DNA from: Mobula birostris
Taxonomy: Eukaryota
Assembly: GCF_030028105.1 (NCBI RefSeq)
Contig: NW_027274036.1
Span: 496,001-560,000, forward strand
Length of the DNA: 64,000 bases
Direction: 5' to 3'
The position numbers and the translations under genes were made by a program. The notes under the pieces were generated by a model. The model worked only from the letters and a program-made list of their open reading frames with translations, was not told the origin of the DNA and did not search any database. Below, one piece after another: positions 12,001-27,000 of the stretch (positions are counted from its first letter, which is position 1; each line of letters starts with the position of its first letter).

Positions 12001-15000
12001 GCCCATCCCTGCTCTTGAATTCAAGACCTCTTGAAATGAACGCTAACATGGCATTTGCCTTCCTCACCACTGACTCAACCTGCAAGTAAACCTTCAGGGT
12101 GTTCTGCACAAGCACTCCAAAATCCCTTTGCATCTCAGATTTTTGGATTTTCTGCCTGTCTAAAAAATAGTCTGCACATTTAATTCTAATTCCAAAGTGC
12201 ATGACCATGCATTTTCCAACATTATATTTCATTTGCCACTTTCTTGCCCATTCTCCAAATCTGTCTAAGTCCTTCTGCAACCTACCTGTTTCCTCAGCAC
12301 AGCTCCTCCACCAATCTTTGTATCATCTGGAAATGTGGCAACAAAGCCATCTGTCCCCATCACGTAATCATTGCTATACAGCATAAAAAGAAGTGGTCCC
12401 AACACTGACCCCTGTGGAAGACCACTTGTCACTGACAGCCAACCTTTTATTTCCACTCGCTGCCTCCTGCTAATCAGCCAATGCTGATAGGACATAGAAA
12501 CATAGAAAACCTACAGCACATTACAGGCCCTTCGGCCCACAAAGTTGTGCCAAACATGTCCCTACCTTAGAAATTACTAGGCTTACCTATAGTCCTCTAT
12601 TTTTCTAAGCTCCATGTACCTATCCAAAAGTCTCTTAAAAGACCCTATCATATCCGCCTCCACCACCATTGCTGGCAGCCCATTCCACGCACTCACCACT
12701 CTCTAAGTAAAAAACTTACCCCTGACATCCCCTCTGTACCTACTCCCCAGCACCTTAAACCTGTGCCCTCTTGTGGCAACCATTTCAGCCTGGGAAAAAG
12801 CCTCTGACTATCCACACAGTCAATGCCTCTCATCTATCAGGTCACCTCTCATCCTCCGTCGCTCCAAGGAGAAAAGGCCGAGTTCACTCAACCTATTCTC
12901 ATAAGGCATGCTCCCCAGCCCAGGTAATATCCTTGTAAATCTCCTCTGCACTCTCTCTAGAGTTTCCACATCCTTCCTGTAGTGAGGTGAACAGAACTGA
13001 GCACAGTTGTCCAAGTGGGGCCTGACCAGGGTCCTATATAGCTGCAACATTACCCCTCAGCTCCTAAACTCAATCCCATGATTGATGAAGGCCAATACAC
13101 CGTATGCCTTCTTAACCACAGAGCCAATCTGCGCAGCAGCTTTGAGTGTCCTATGGACTCGGACCTCAAGATCCTTCTGATTCTCCACACTGCCAAGAGT
13201 CTTACTATTAATACTATATCCTGGCATCATATTTGACTTACCAAAATGAATCACCTCACACTTATCTGGGTTGAACTCCATCTGCCACTTCTCAGCTCAG
13301 TTTTGCATCCTATCAATGTCCCGCTGTAATCTCTGATAGCCCTCGTCACTATCCACATGTAACCCTCAGGCTCGCCCGCTCGCATTCGTCTAGGGGTATC
13401 AGCTTTCGGCCCCGCCAAACTGTGTATTCACATTTATGTGGATGCTGTGTAATGTACTCCCAATTACAAACCCACAATGCAAAATATCAGACAGTACACC
13501 ATATGCAATTAAATGATAGACTTTATGAATCTTAATCTGAATATGGGGTTAGTATGAAAATAAACAAAACAAAATAAAAGTCCAAATTAAAGTCACAGTA
13601 TCAATTGGAGCTCACTCAGTAGACATTCCTCCACCACCAATCTCTGCCGAACGTTGCTGACCCTCGGATCCCAGCCTACGCCATCCGGTGGTCTACCAGC
13701 GCTCTCCACACGTGATCTTCCTCTTCCTCTCTCCTTGACAAAAAACTCCATGAAAACCTCAGCTCCCAGACACGCAAGAAAGAATAACATTTCTCCCATT
13801 GGATAGCCACTGAATTCCAAAGTCCCATTATCTCTAGTCATAACCCAAACATTTCTGCTACAGAGAAACCACTACCTCAGCAGTTAACATTATAGAGAAG
13901 CCATTACATTAGCCTTAGCAGCTAACATTACAGAGAAGCCATTACATTAGTTAACATTACAGAGAAGCCGTTACATACAACACCCCCAACCTTTGTGACA
14001 TCAACAAATTGACTAACCCATCCCTCCACTTCCTCATCCAGTCATTTATAAAAATCACGAAGAGTGGGGGTTCCAGAACAGATTCCTGAGGCACACTACT
14101 GGTCACCGACCTCCATGCAGAATATGACCTGTCTACAACCATTCTTTGCCTTCTGTAAGCAAGCTAATTCTGGATCCACAAAGCAAGGTCCCCTTGGATA
14201 CCATGCCTCCTTGCTTTCTCAATCAGCCTTGCATGGGGTACCTTGTCAAATGCCTTGCTGAAATCCACATACACTATGTCTATGGCTCTACCTTCATCAA
14301 TGTGTTTAGTCACATCCTCAAAAAATTCAATCAGGCTCGTAAGGCACGACCTGCCCTTGACAAAGCCATGCTGATTATTCCTAATCATATTATGCCTCTC
14401 CAAATGTCATTAAATCCTGCCTCTCAGGATCTTCTCCATCAACTTACCAACCACTGAAGTAAGACTCACTAGTCTATAATTTCCTGGGCTATCTCTACTC
14501 CCTTTCTTGAATAAGGGAATGACATCCACAACCCTCCAATCCTCCGGAACCTCTCCCGTTTCCACTGATGATGCAAAGATCATCGCTAGAGGCTCAACAA
14601 TCTCCTCCCTTGCTTCCTACAGCAGCCTGGGGTACATCTCGTCTGGTCCCAGTGACTTATCCAACTTGATGTCTTCCAAAAGCTCTGGCACATCCTCTTT
14701 CTTTCAAGCTCTTTAATCTGCTGTACCCTACGATCACCAAGATCCTCTTCCATAGTGAATACTGAAGCAAAGTATTCATTAAGTACCTCTGCTATCTCCT
14801 CCCGTTCCATACACACTTTTCCACTGTCACACTTGATTGGTCCTATTCTCTCACATCTTATTCTCTCACATCTTATTCTCTTGCTCTTCACATACTTGTA
14901 GAATGCTTTGTACTTCATCTTCCAGACCTTTGCTCATCTACTTAACCTATCTCTATCTCTCTGTAGACTGTCTGTATCCTCTGCACAATTTGCTCTTCCA

Positions 15001-18000
15001 TTCAATTTTGTGTCATCAGCAAACATTATACTCGGTCCCTCTTGCTGATCGTGAACAGTTGTGGCACACCACTCACCACTGATTGCCAACCAGGGAAACA
15101 CCCAACTCTCTGCTTTCTATTGGTTAACCGATCCTCTGTCCATGCTAATACATCACCCCGACTCTCTGCACCCTTAGCTTATGTGGCACCTTATCAAATG
15201 CCTTCTTGAAATCCAAGTAAATGATGTACATCTGTTCCCCTCTATACATTGTGCTCATTACTTCCTCAAAGAACTCCATTAAGTTTGTTAAACAGGACCT
15301 GCCTTTGCTGAATCCATGCTGTGTCTGCCAGATGGATCTATTTCTTTCCAGATGCCTTGCTATTTCTTCTTTATTGATAGCTTCAATCATTTTCCCAACT
15401 GCAGATGTTAAACTAACTGACCTATAGTGATCTGCTTTTTGTCTACATCCTGTTTTTGAACAGTGGCGTGACATTTTCCTTCTTTCAATCCGTCAGGATC
15501 TGCCCAGAGTCCACAGATTTTTGTTAAATTATCACCAAAGCATCTACAATGACCTCTGCCATTTCTTTCAGTACCCTGGGAAGCATTCCATCAGGACCAG
15601 GGGACTTGTCCAGCTTTAGGCCCACAAGTTTTCTCAGCACAACCTCTTTAGTGATAGCTGTTATATTGAGGTCCTCAGCTCTAATCACATTCATAACATC
15701 TCTCCTTGGCATGCTAGATGTGTCTTCCACCATGAAGTCCGACACAAAATAGTCATTCAAAGCCTTGGCCATTTCCTCATTACCCAATATCAATTCCCCC
15801 TTCTTATCCTCCAAGGACATTCATTTTAGCCATCCTTTTCCACTTTATATAATTATAAAAACTTTTACTAATCATTTTTATATTTTGTGCTAGTTTATTT
15901 TCATAATCTATCTTCCCTTTCTTTATTGCTCAGTTGGTGGTACTTTGTTGCTTTTTAAAGTTTTCCCAATCTTCCAGTTTCCCACTACTGTTGGCAACTT
16001 TGTACGCATGAGCTTTTAGTTTGTTGCCTTCCTTTATTTCCTTAGTTATCCATGGCTGGCTCTCCCCACCCTTACTGTCCTTGCTTTTAACTGGAATGTA
16101 CTTTTGCTGACCACCATGAAAATTCTCTTTCAAAGCCTTCCACTGTTCCTCAACCATTCCACCATATAGCCTGTGTTCCTAGTCTACCCATCAAATTCCT
16201 CCCTCAGCCCATTGTAGTCTCCCTTGTTTAGGCATAATACACTGGTTTTAGATCAAACTATTGCACCCTCCATTTGTATGAGAAACTCAGTCATACTATG
16301 ATCACTCTTTCCAAGAGGATCCCTAACTATGAGATTGCTAATTTTACCTGTCTCATTGCACAGGACCAGATCTAAAATAGCACATTCCCTTGCAGGTTCA
16401 GTAACATGTTGTTCAAGAAAGCCATCATGGATGCATTCTATGAAGTCCTCCTCAAGACTACCTCGACCAAATTGATTCACCCAATCTATGTGCAAGTTAA
16501 AGTCCCCCAAAATAACAATAACTCTTGTTCCATTTTTACATGCCTCAGGTATTTGTTGGTTTATTGTCTGTACCACTGTAATGTTATCATTTGGTGGCCT
16601 ACAGACAACTCACACAAGTGATTTTTTTTCTCCCATACTATTCATAATCTCTACCCAGACGGATTCAATATTTTGGTCCTTAGACCTGTCTCTGTCACCC
16701 TGATCTCAGAGCGCTACCCGACCTCCCTTACCTTCCTGCCTATCCTTCCGTATTACCTGATATCCTTGGATATTTAATTCTCAATCCTCTCCACTCTGTA
16801 ACCACGTTTCTGTAAAGTCCAGTAAATCATAGCTCTTTGTATTGATTTGTACTGACCTTGTTGTGGATACTACGGGCATTCAGATAAAGTGCCCTTACAC
16901 TCATTGTGCTTTTAAAATCTTGTATTCTTTGCCTACACTTTTCTACATTTTATCTATGCTTTTCTCTTTTACTTTATCCATACTTCTCCAATCTGTTGAA
17001 ACCACCCCCTATCCACAGCCCTAGTTATGCAATTTGCCAAGATCCAGGTCCCATGACTGTTCAGGTGGAGCCTGTACCATTGGAACAGTTCCCTCCTTCC
17101 CCAATACTGGTGCCAGTTTCCCATTAATTCAAACCCACTTCTCCCACATCAATCCTTGAGCCAGGCATTTAACTCTCTAACCTTCTTGACCCTGTGTCAA
17201 TTTCTGCGATTCAGGCAGTAATCCAGAGATTCCCACCTCTTTGATTCTGCTCTTTAACTTAGTCCCTAGCTGTTCAAATTCCCTCAGCAGAACCTATTTT
17301 CTCACTCTACTGATGTCGTTGATACCCACATGGACCATGGCAACTGGATCTTTCCTCTGCAGGTCAGATTAGATGTCCTGAACCCTGGCGTCAGGCAGGC
17401 AACACAGCCTTAGGGTCGCTCTCTCTCTGCGACAGAGAACTCTGTCTATTCCCCTGACTGTACTATCCCAATTACAACTATATTTCTCTTCTTTCCTCCC
17501 TCTTGAATGGTTCCCTGAACTATGGTGCCACAGTTAGGTTGCTCATCCTTCCTACAGCCCCCACTGTCATCCACACAGGGAGCAAGAATCTCAGACCTGT
17601 TAGACAAGCTCAAGGGCTGAGGGCCCTCCAGTGCTGTCTCTTGGATCCCACTACCTGCCTCACTCACAGTCACACCCTCTTGTCCCTGATCACTGACTGA
17701 ATTTGAGGCAGCTAATCGGATAGGTGTAACTAACCCTTGAAACAGAGAATCCAGGTAAATCTCCCCTCCCTGATGTGCTGTAGTGTTTGAAGCTTCGAGC
17801 CTGAGTTCCTCGAGCAGCCAACACTTGCTGCAGATGTGATCACCAGGAAACACAATGGGGTCCACCAGCTCACACATCATGCAGCTACAGCACATCGCCT
17901 GATCCTGCATCTTCCCTACTTTATTTAATTAGTTGTAGTTTGATGACACTTCTATTCAAACGCTACGAAAGCTTTACTGAGTATTCACCTGATCCTCTTC

Positions 18001-21000
18001 ACTGAAGCCTCTTGAGCCAAGGTTGGCAAACTCTGCTTTCTCTGCCGGTAAATTATACTGCGAAGCAACTCTTAGTCTCGCCCTGTTGCGCCTACAACAA
18101 CTTGGCCATTAGTCTAATTATCAGTTCGTTTCTTTGAAAAACAGTGCAAGTGCATCTATTACTGCTAACGCTAACAAACTACTTTTGCAAAAGCAAGAAA
18201 AAATTGTCACCCAAAACAAGGGGAAGGCCAGAAAAAATTTCCAATGTGGCCCCTGTAAGGTGACCAAACACAAGTTACATATGCAGCCACATTTGAAATT
18301 TAAAATTAACAAAAGAATGCTACAGGCCAAACCAACCAAACCTCTCTCGCACACTCACTCTCACACTCTCCCAAACAGAGAGTCTGACTGGAGTCTGCTG
18401 CACTAGCACCAGCTCAACCCCGATAGCTGAAGTACTGGGGGACTGGAGGATAGCTAATGTTGTTCATATTTGCAAATTTTCACTCTACTCTTTTAATCTT
18501 ATTGATACATTTCTTATAGATAGGTGACAAGAACTGCACACAATGCTCCAAATTATGACTTACCAATGTCTTATATAACTTCAACATAGCATTCCAACTC
18601 CTGTATTGATTGATACAAAGGCCAACATGTCAAAAGCTCTCTTTACGATCCTATCTGCCTGTGATGCCACTTTCAAGGAATGATACACCTGTATTCCCAG
18701 ATCCCTCTGTTCTACTGCACTCTTTGGTTCCTGACCATGTAAGCCCCACCCTGGTGTCCTCCCAAAGTGCAACACTTCACTCTTGTCTGCATTAAATTCC
18801 ATCTACCATTTTTCAGCTTGTACAGATCATGCTGCAAGCTTTGATAGCCTTCCTCACAGTCAACTATGCTCCGATATTGGTTTCATCCACAAATTTGCTG
18901 ATCCAAATCACTGATGTAGATGACAAATAATAATGGACACAGTATCGATCCCCGTGCCGCATGACTAGTTACAGTCCTTCAGTCAGAAAGGCAACCATCT
19001 ACCACCACTCTCTGGCATCTCCCACGAAGTCAAATTCAATTCACCACCCAATCCTGAATGCCGAGTGACTGAACCTTCTTGACCAATCTCCCATGCAGGA
19101 CCTTGTCAAAGGCCTTACTAAAGTCCATGAAAACAACATCTAGCACCTTACCTTCATCAACATTCCTGGTACCTTCCTCAAAAAACTCTAAAATATTATT
19201 TAGACATGTGCAAAGCCATTTTGACTATCCCTAATTAGTCCCTGTCTATACAAATACTCATATATCCAGTCCCTTAGAACACCTTCCAATAAGTTACCCA
19301 CTACTGGTGTCAGGCTCACTGGCCTACAATTTCCTGGCTTATTCTTAGAGCCTTTCTTAAGCAACAGAACAACATTAGCTGCCTTCCAATCCTCTGACAT
19401 TTTCACCCATGGTTAAGGATGTTTTAAATATCTCTGCTAGGGCCCCTACAATTGCTGCACCAGCTTCACATAAAGTCTGGTCAGGTCATGGAGGTTTTTC
19501 CACCCAATATATCCATCCTTCAGAGTGGTATTTGCTCAGTACTACCCCTTCAGCTCCGTCCCTCCCATAATGCAATACTTCCTTGGTGCTGTCTGCCCTC
19601 ATATGCTGAACTTCCATAGAAACCCCTCCCACACTGTGCCACCCCTCAATGCCATCCCTTCTGCAGCATGGCATATGATTTGGCAACCCAGAGTATGGCA
19701 TCAGGGGTTGGAGACTTGAGCACGTAGATGAAGGACTGGTAAACTGACAGGCCATCCAATACCTAACATCAGTTATTTCTCTCTCGGCTGTAGTGTCAGG
19801 ACAAAGCAGAGCCAATACTCCAAGAGTTGTGACAGCACAGAGGGGGCTCTGTGCCTTTATTCCATGCCACTACCAATCGGACAAGAAGACCCGAGATGGA
19901 ATCTGGCTGAAGGATGAGTGCTCGACTCAAACAGTCATCTTCCACTCCAGTGATCCCAATCGTGAGTCACCAGGGTTTCACCATCGGACCCGGCTGTCTG
20001 GAGATCTAAAGAATGGTGACTGTTCCCTAATTATTGACAACGTCACAGAGAAGGATGAAGGCACTTATTACTTTAAAATTGAATTCGGAAAAGGGGAGCA
20101 GTTTGTCCACCTCTCCATAACACATCTCCGCATTACTGGTGAGTGCATTATATAATTAATTAGTTGTTGATCAGCTGTCAGTGGAAAGTTTTACCAATAC
20201 AGCTTAGTATAATGCAGTTTTGGACAATCAGTGACTTAGCAATGCCATCCATGTCCTTTCTTGTTCATAATGAGTGCAAAATGATGGGCCACTAGTTGTC
20301 CGACAAGGGGCCCGAGCACTTTGTTGAGGTAGTGAAACAGGCTTCTCCATCACTACTCGATGTTGTCCATTGAAAGTCCTCAGAGTGAAAGTAGGATCAG
20401 AGAAGTGGAAGAGAAGGAGAAACACGGGAATATTACTTGGGATTCCTAGTTTCCAGTAGATGGCAGGGTGTATAGTGAATAGAGTTGTACCTCAAAACTC
20501 CAACAACCCCAGTGGGTAACAACCTCTATGGGCTTTGTTCCTTTGACAGGTTGGGTTTCCCTCTGTTTCCTTCCACCTCTCAAAGATTAATTGCTTGGCT
20601 GTGATAATTTGCCCCAGTGTGTAGGCGATTGGGAGAATCTGGAGAAAGACCCCGGTTCCAGTGCAGGGGATGTCAGCCTGGGATATGTGATTAGGATCTG
20701 CAGTGGACACCCACTGGTTTAAATATGGAAATTGGTGGGTTTATCAAGCAATGTTAAATGTTGCTACTTTTTTCATCTGTAGCATCAGAGAAATGGAGAG
20801 TCCACGTGAAAGAAAGTATCACAGTGCAAAGGGGTATGTGTGCTTGGATTCCCTGTCACTTCAGTTACCCATCGTGCCTTGCAAATGAAACACGGGATGG
20901 AATCTGGGTTAAAGGAGGGAATCAGAGCCACCTGCCCGTAGCCTTTCACTCCATGGATCGCAATAAAGAGACACTGAAGTTCAAGCGTCGGACCTGGCTG

Positions 21001-24000
21001 GCCGGAGACCTGAAAGACGGCAACTGTTCCCTGGTTATAAACAATATCACACAAGAAGATGAAGGTTCTTATACTTTCAGAATTAAATTTAAAAACCAGG
21101 ATCAATATAGTTATCACTCCATAACACAGCTGAATGTTACTGGTAAGTACATTGTAATATTATTAAACAAAAAATGTATGACAGTCAGTATAATAGTGTC
21201 AACCATCCCTATGCCCCCTTAGATGGTGCCTGGCCTGCAATGTTCTTCCAGCAAAGATCTAAGCATATGCAGTCTCTTGTTTAATCATGAACTCTGCTGA
21301 TTTCCAATTAATACAAGTCACAGCTTAGTATAATGTAGTGTAAGAATATTAGTAACCTGGCATAAACATGGTGTTCTGCTGGAAATCCTGAGCAACACTC
21401 AGCAAGTCAAGAAGCATCTGTAGACGTGAATAAACAGTCGGCGTTTTGGCCTGAGAGCCTTCATCAGCACTGAAAAGGAAGGGTCTCATCCTGAAATATG
21501 GACAGTTTATTATCTGCAGAGATTCTGCCCGACATGCTAAGCTTGTCCAGCATTCTGTGTGTGTTGCTCAGCTACTTGGCCTTCCAGTTCCCTATCTGAT
21601 AATTACGATAAATTCCCTCATCCATCAATATTCTCAACTGCAGATTTCTCTCTAATTGTGCTGTCTCATCATTAAAGAAACAGCAGGAATTGCTTTTCTG
21701 TAACACCTGTCATGTCCTCACTGTCCCTGCCAATTTGCCCCACACTAGCACGGCAGTGTGGGAGGGGGAGCAGTCAGTCTGCAGACAGCAGCACGCACAT
21801 CACCAAGGTAAAAGGGCCAGGCACACTGTTTTAAAGGCTTTATTCAAGGATGAATTGTCTCCATGCTGCTGTGAACAGGAGTACACCACAAGATGGGAGA
21901 ACCTGAGGGAAAACTGCTTCCTCAGAGGGGACATACTAAGACAGCACCATACTGTCAGAGGGGAGATACTGACAGACACCAGACTCTCAGAGGGGAGATA
22001 CTGAGAGAGCGTCACACTGTCAGAGGGGAGATATTGAGGGACACCACACTCAGAGGGGAGATACAAAGGGAATACAACATATCAGAGGGGAGATACTGAG
22101 AGACACCAGACTCTCAGAGGAGAAATACTCAGAGAGCATCACATTGTCAGAGGGGACATACTGAGCTAACATCATGCTGTCAGAGAGGAGATACTGAGGG
22201 AATATCAAACTGTTGGAGGGGAGAAACTGAGAGACACCACATTTTGAGAGGGAAGATACTGAGAGCCACCGCACTGTCAGAGGAGAGATACTCAAGGACA
22301 CCATATGGTCAGGGGGGAAATACTGAGAAAGCATCACACTGTCAGAGGGCAGATACTGAGGGGACTCACACTGTCAGAGAGGATATACAGAGGGACACCA
22401 CACTGTCAAAGGGGAGACACTGAGAGACACCACACTGTCAGAAGGGAGATACTGAGGGACACCACACTGTCAGAGGGGAGATACTGAGGGAATACAACAC
22501 TTTGAGAGGGGAGATACTGAGAGAGCACCACATTGTCAGAGGGAAGATACTGAGAGACATCATACATTCAGAGGTGGAGACACTGAGGGAACATCACACT
22601 GTCAGAGGGGAGATACTGAGGGAAAACACACTGTCAGAGGGGAGATACTGAGAGACACCACACTGTCAGGGGGGATGGACTGAAAAAACCACACTGTCAG
22701 ATGGGAGTTATTGAAGGACATCACACTGTCAGAAGGGAGATACAAAGGGAATACAACACTGTCAGAGGGGAGTGTGTGCTCCCCCGGCGTGAAGAGGAGA
22801 AGGGAACGTTCCTGCAAGAGGGCAGGGGATGTAGATGCGGGGGAGTCCCAGGAAGGGGTGGGAATCCGGGTAGGGGTTGGTTCTAAACCTGAGTCCCCAG
22901 ATGTAGCCACCAGTCCTGGGGTAGCTGGTGTGGTTGTGCAAAAAGCTTGTGATAGCCCTGTTTGCACAAATGAGGCAGCCCTGGAGGCCTCCCCCCAGGA
23001 CCTACAAGTCAGCGCCTCTCTGGAGGCCAGTGTACCGAATAATGTAAGAGGAGACGAGACAAAGCTCTCTCATTCTCAGCACCAGGCTGCTTGTGAATCC
23101 CTTGGACCAGAGCTGCCGGGTTCCCCTCTATGCCTGCCCCCTGGGGAGGGCGATATTCTGTGCACGTCGACCCCAGCAATTAATGACTTGCAGGGAGTCC
23201 CTGGGGATTGTCCCTCTACTGTCGCAAATGTGGATGAGGCTGATGCGACGGTGGAGCGGGCAAGTAAGAACGAGGTGCCCGCTACGCGGTATGGGTCACA
23301 AGCGCAGCCATCTTTTGGAACATGCGGGGAGGCCGATGGGGATTCTGTCTGCAGTGACGGGTTGGAGGGGGACTCTTTCGATAATGAAATAATGGACATC
23401 CTCACCCCTCCTGAGAAGTCCCTATTAATACCTGTAGAGGAAATTAAGCATTTTATTCTCACCTCTGAGGGTGCCAAGCACCGGCCTCAACTAGCCTCGC
23501 TTCGTTGGCCCAGCATGCCGAGGCTGGTGAGGTCCCTGCGAGTCATCCTCGGACGAAAGGGAAAGGGAAAGAGGAATGCGGTGGCGGGGAACGACAGACG
23601 GCAACTAAAATCTTTCCTAGATGACCTAGTAAGGGACATCAGAGGGAGAAGCAGCCTCGCTCCTACGGGGGATGGTGGGTCACAGGGTGTCGCTGGTACC
23701 GCTCGAGCCCGGAAGGCAAAAAGTAACCTTGCTTTCTTTCCGGACAGTGTGGTGGAGGGCGCCTCCGCTCTCACCGAAATGGGCACAGCTGCTGAGACCT
23801 AGTGTGCTCCCGCCATGAAGCTTACCATAGCTAGTCTCAATGTAAACGGCAGCAGGGGTCCTCTTCGCAGGCATAACAATCTCTCAGTCCTCAGGGATGG
23901 GCGGTATACGGTGAGTTTCCTGCAGGAAACCCATACCATCCCTGGGGACGAGTCTGCTTGGCTCCTGGAGTGGCGGGGCGGGGTCTACATGAGCCACCTC

Positions 24001-27000
24001 AGCTCCATTTCTAGCGGGGTGGGGATCCTGTTGGCCCCGACCTTCCAGCCAGTAATCGAAAGAGTCCAAGACGTTGTGCCTGGCCGTCTGCTCCACCTGG
24101 CTGTGCGCCTGAATGGCGTACCATTGCATTTTATCAATGTGTATGCTCCCAGACGCCGTGTGATGCAGACACGCCTATTCTGTCAGCTGTCCACCCTGCT
24201 GAGCTCCATCGATCCTGGGGATTGCGTCATCCTCGGGGGAGATTTCAATTGTACCCTCGAGGCTCGGGCCTCCAACGCGACCCAGCATCGGCAAAAAAGT
24301 TAAAGGAGCTAGTCGGCTCCTTTGACTTGGTGGACAGCTGGCGGAATCTTCACCCCAACTCTAGCGCCTTCTCGAGAAGGTCCAGAGAGGGGGGTTCCAG
24401 GATAGACCGCATTTACATCTCTCGGGCCTACGTCTCCCGCGTGTCGGCGTCCTCCATGCGGCCGGTGTCGTGCTCGGATCATCACTTTGTGTGGATGGAA
24501 TTTATTCCACTACACCCTCGGGTGGGATCCGGGTATTGGCATTTTAAAAACCGGCTGCTGGAGGACAGCCGATTCCGGGATTCGTTCCAAGCTTTCTGGG
24601 TCTCCTGGAAGGAGAGACGGAGAGAGTTCTGCTCCCTACGGCTATGGTGGGATGTGGGCAAAGCCCACATCCGGTTTTTATGTTGGGAGTACACTAGGGG
24701 GTCGACAAAGAGGCGGAGCTCTGAGGTTGAGCGGCTTGAGAGAGCGTTGCTTGACCTGGAGTCCCGCCTCGGTCCGACCGCTGGAGATCAGCAGCTGTGG
24801 CAGGAATACCAGGAGAAGAAGGACGCACTAAGGAACCTGCAGCTTCAGCAGTCCCGAGGTGCGTACGTGAGGTCACGGATCCAAATGCTGCAGGATTTGG
24901 ACCGTGGCTCACCCTTCTTCTACTCGTTGGAAAGGTGGCGGGGAGTTCAAAAGCAGCTAGTGGAGCTGCTGGCTGCCGATGGCTCCTCCATCACGGACCC
25001 TGATGGAATTAACAACGAGGTCCGTTCATTCTATCGGTCCTTATTCTCGCCTGATCCGTCAAATGCGGAGGCGTGTAATGAGGTCTGGAAGGATTTGCCT
25101 AAGGTCAGCCCAGAGGACGCAGTGCGTCTGGATGTCCCCCTGACTCGGGAGGAGCTGTCCACTGCCCTTCGGCAACTCCGGAGGGGCAAGTCCCCTGGTT
25201 TGGATGGACTGAGTGTTGAGTTTTATCAGGCTTTTTGGGATGTCCTGGGGGATGATTACAGCCTTGTCCTAGGGGAGAGCCTAGCCACCGGAGAAATGCC
25301 CCTCTCATGGCAAAGAGCTGTTGTGGTCCTACTGCCCAAGAAGGGAGACCTCCGCTTGCTAAAGAACTGGCGGCCGGTCTCCCTCTTGTGCGCGGACTAC
25401 AAGATCCTCGCCCGGGCAATGGCCAACCGTCTGGGTTCGGTAATTGGACAGGTGGTCCATCCTGACCAATCTTACACAGTCCCGGGCCGCTCCATCCAGG
25501 ACAATGTCCACCTAGTACGGGACCTGATCCACCTACTCCAGGAGACTGGGACCCCGGCAGCGTTTCTTTCTCTTGACCAGGAGAAGGCTTTTGACCGGGT
25601 GGACCACAGTTTCCTGGTGGGCACCCTGCAGGCTTTTGGGCTCGGACCACACTTTGTGGCCCGAGTTCGGCTCCTGCACTCTGCCGCAGAGTGCCTAGTT
25701 AAGATTAACGGATCATTGACAGGACCTATCCACTTCTGAAGAGGAGTGCGTCAAGGGTGCCCCATGTCCGGTCAACTGTATGCGATCTGTGTCGAGCCAT
25801 TCCTCAGCCTTCTTCGGCGAAGGCTGACAGGTCTGGTTCTGCGCGAACCGGACATGGGGGTCGTCCTCTCGGCCTACGCCGATGACGTACTCCTCATGAT
25901 GACAGACTCCTGTGACCTGCGGAGGATGCGCGAGTGCCAAGATGTTTTCTCGGCGGCATCCTCCGCCAGGATCAACTGGGTGAAATGTTCCGGACTCTTA
26001 GTAGGCCAGTGGCAGGTGGACTCCCTTCCGGAGGAGATGAGAGCTTTTGAGTGGAGCACCAGACATCTTCTCTATCTGGGAGTCTACCTGAGTCCTTCTG
26101 GGGAGATCTGGCTGGCGAACTGGCAGGACCTGGAGACAAAGGTCATGGCCCGGCTAGGGCGCTGGTCAGGCCTTCTCAGGGTGCTTTCCTATCGAGGCAG
26201 GGTGGTGGTCATAAACCAGCTGGTGGCCTCCATGTTGTGGTACCGGATGGTCACCTTGCCCCCCCACCGCCCCTTTTGTCGCAAGAATGCAGAGGAAGCT
26301 AGTGGACTTCTTCTGGGGAAACAGGAAGCACTGGGTCTCTGCAGCGGTTCTGAGTCTCCCAGAAGGAGAGGGCGGACAGTCGCTGGTGTGTGTACGCACA
26401 CGACTGGCGGCTCTCCGCCTCAGGACTCTGCAGAGATTCCTGTACGCTGAGAACCCTCCCAGGTGGCACATGTTGGCGACTTTCTTCCTCCGGAGGGGCT
26501 GCTGTCTTGCCGAAGATATGCAGCTACCACCGGCGGGCGTCAGCCGTGCTGCTTTGCAGAGGCTGCCCGGCTTCTATCAGGATCTACTGAGAGTCTGGAA
26601 CATGGTTGCCTCAGGCCGGGAATCCCCTCCTCTGGCAGAGGGCGGGGTCCTGGCCGACCCTTGCCCCGTCTCAACGGATGTCAGTGCGGCTCAGGTATGT
26701 GGAACGACTCGGGCTGAGCTGCTCGTCGGGCCCAGGCCCCGCAGCCTTGCCCGAGAGACGAATCCACACAACTTGAGCCGTCTTTCATCGACACCCACAA
26801 TCCCATTCAGGGATGCAGGCAGGAGGTACCTTTATGGGCTGCTGCTCCACACCCTCCACCTCCTAGCATTTGTCCACCGTCCCGACACGCCATGGCGGTC
26901 AGTCTTTCCACCTGGAGGTGAGGGGGGTCCCCAATGGAAGCCCCTTTACAAGGGAGTCCTTCCCATGCACCTTGGGGATCTCGGCTGGAGGGTGCTGCAT

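Noticed and set aside
25737-25739. In-frame TGA in Tx1 ORF2 as selenocysteine or readthrough
   Set aside because: The element also has frameshifts; a simple nonsense mutation (e.g. CGA to TGA) is the simpler explanation.
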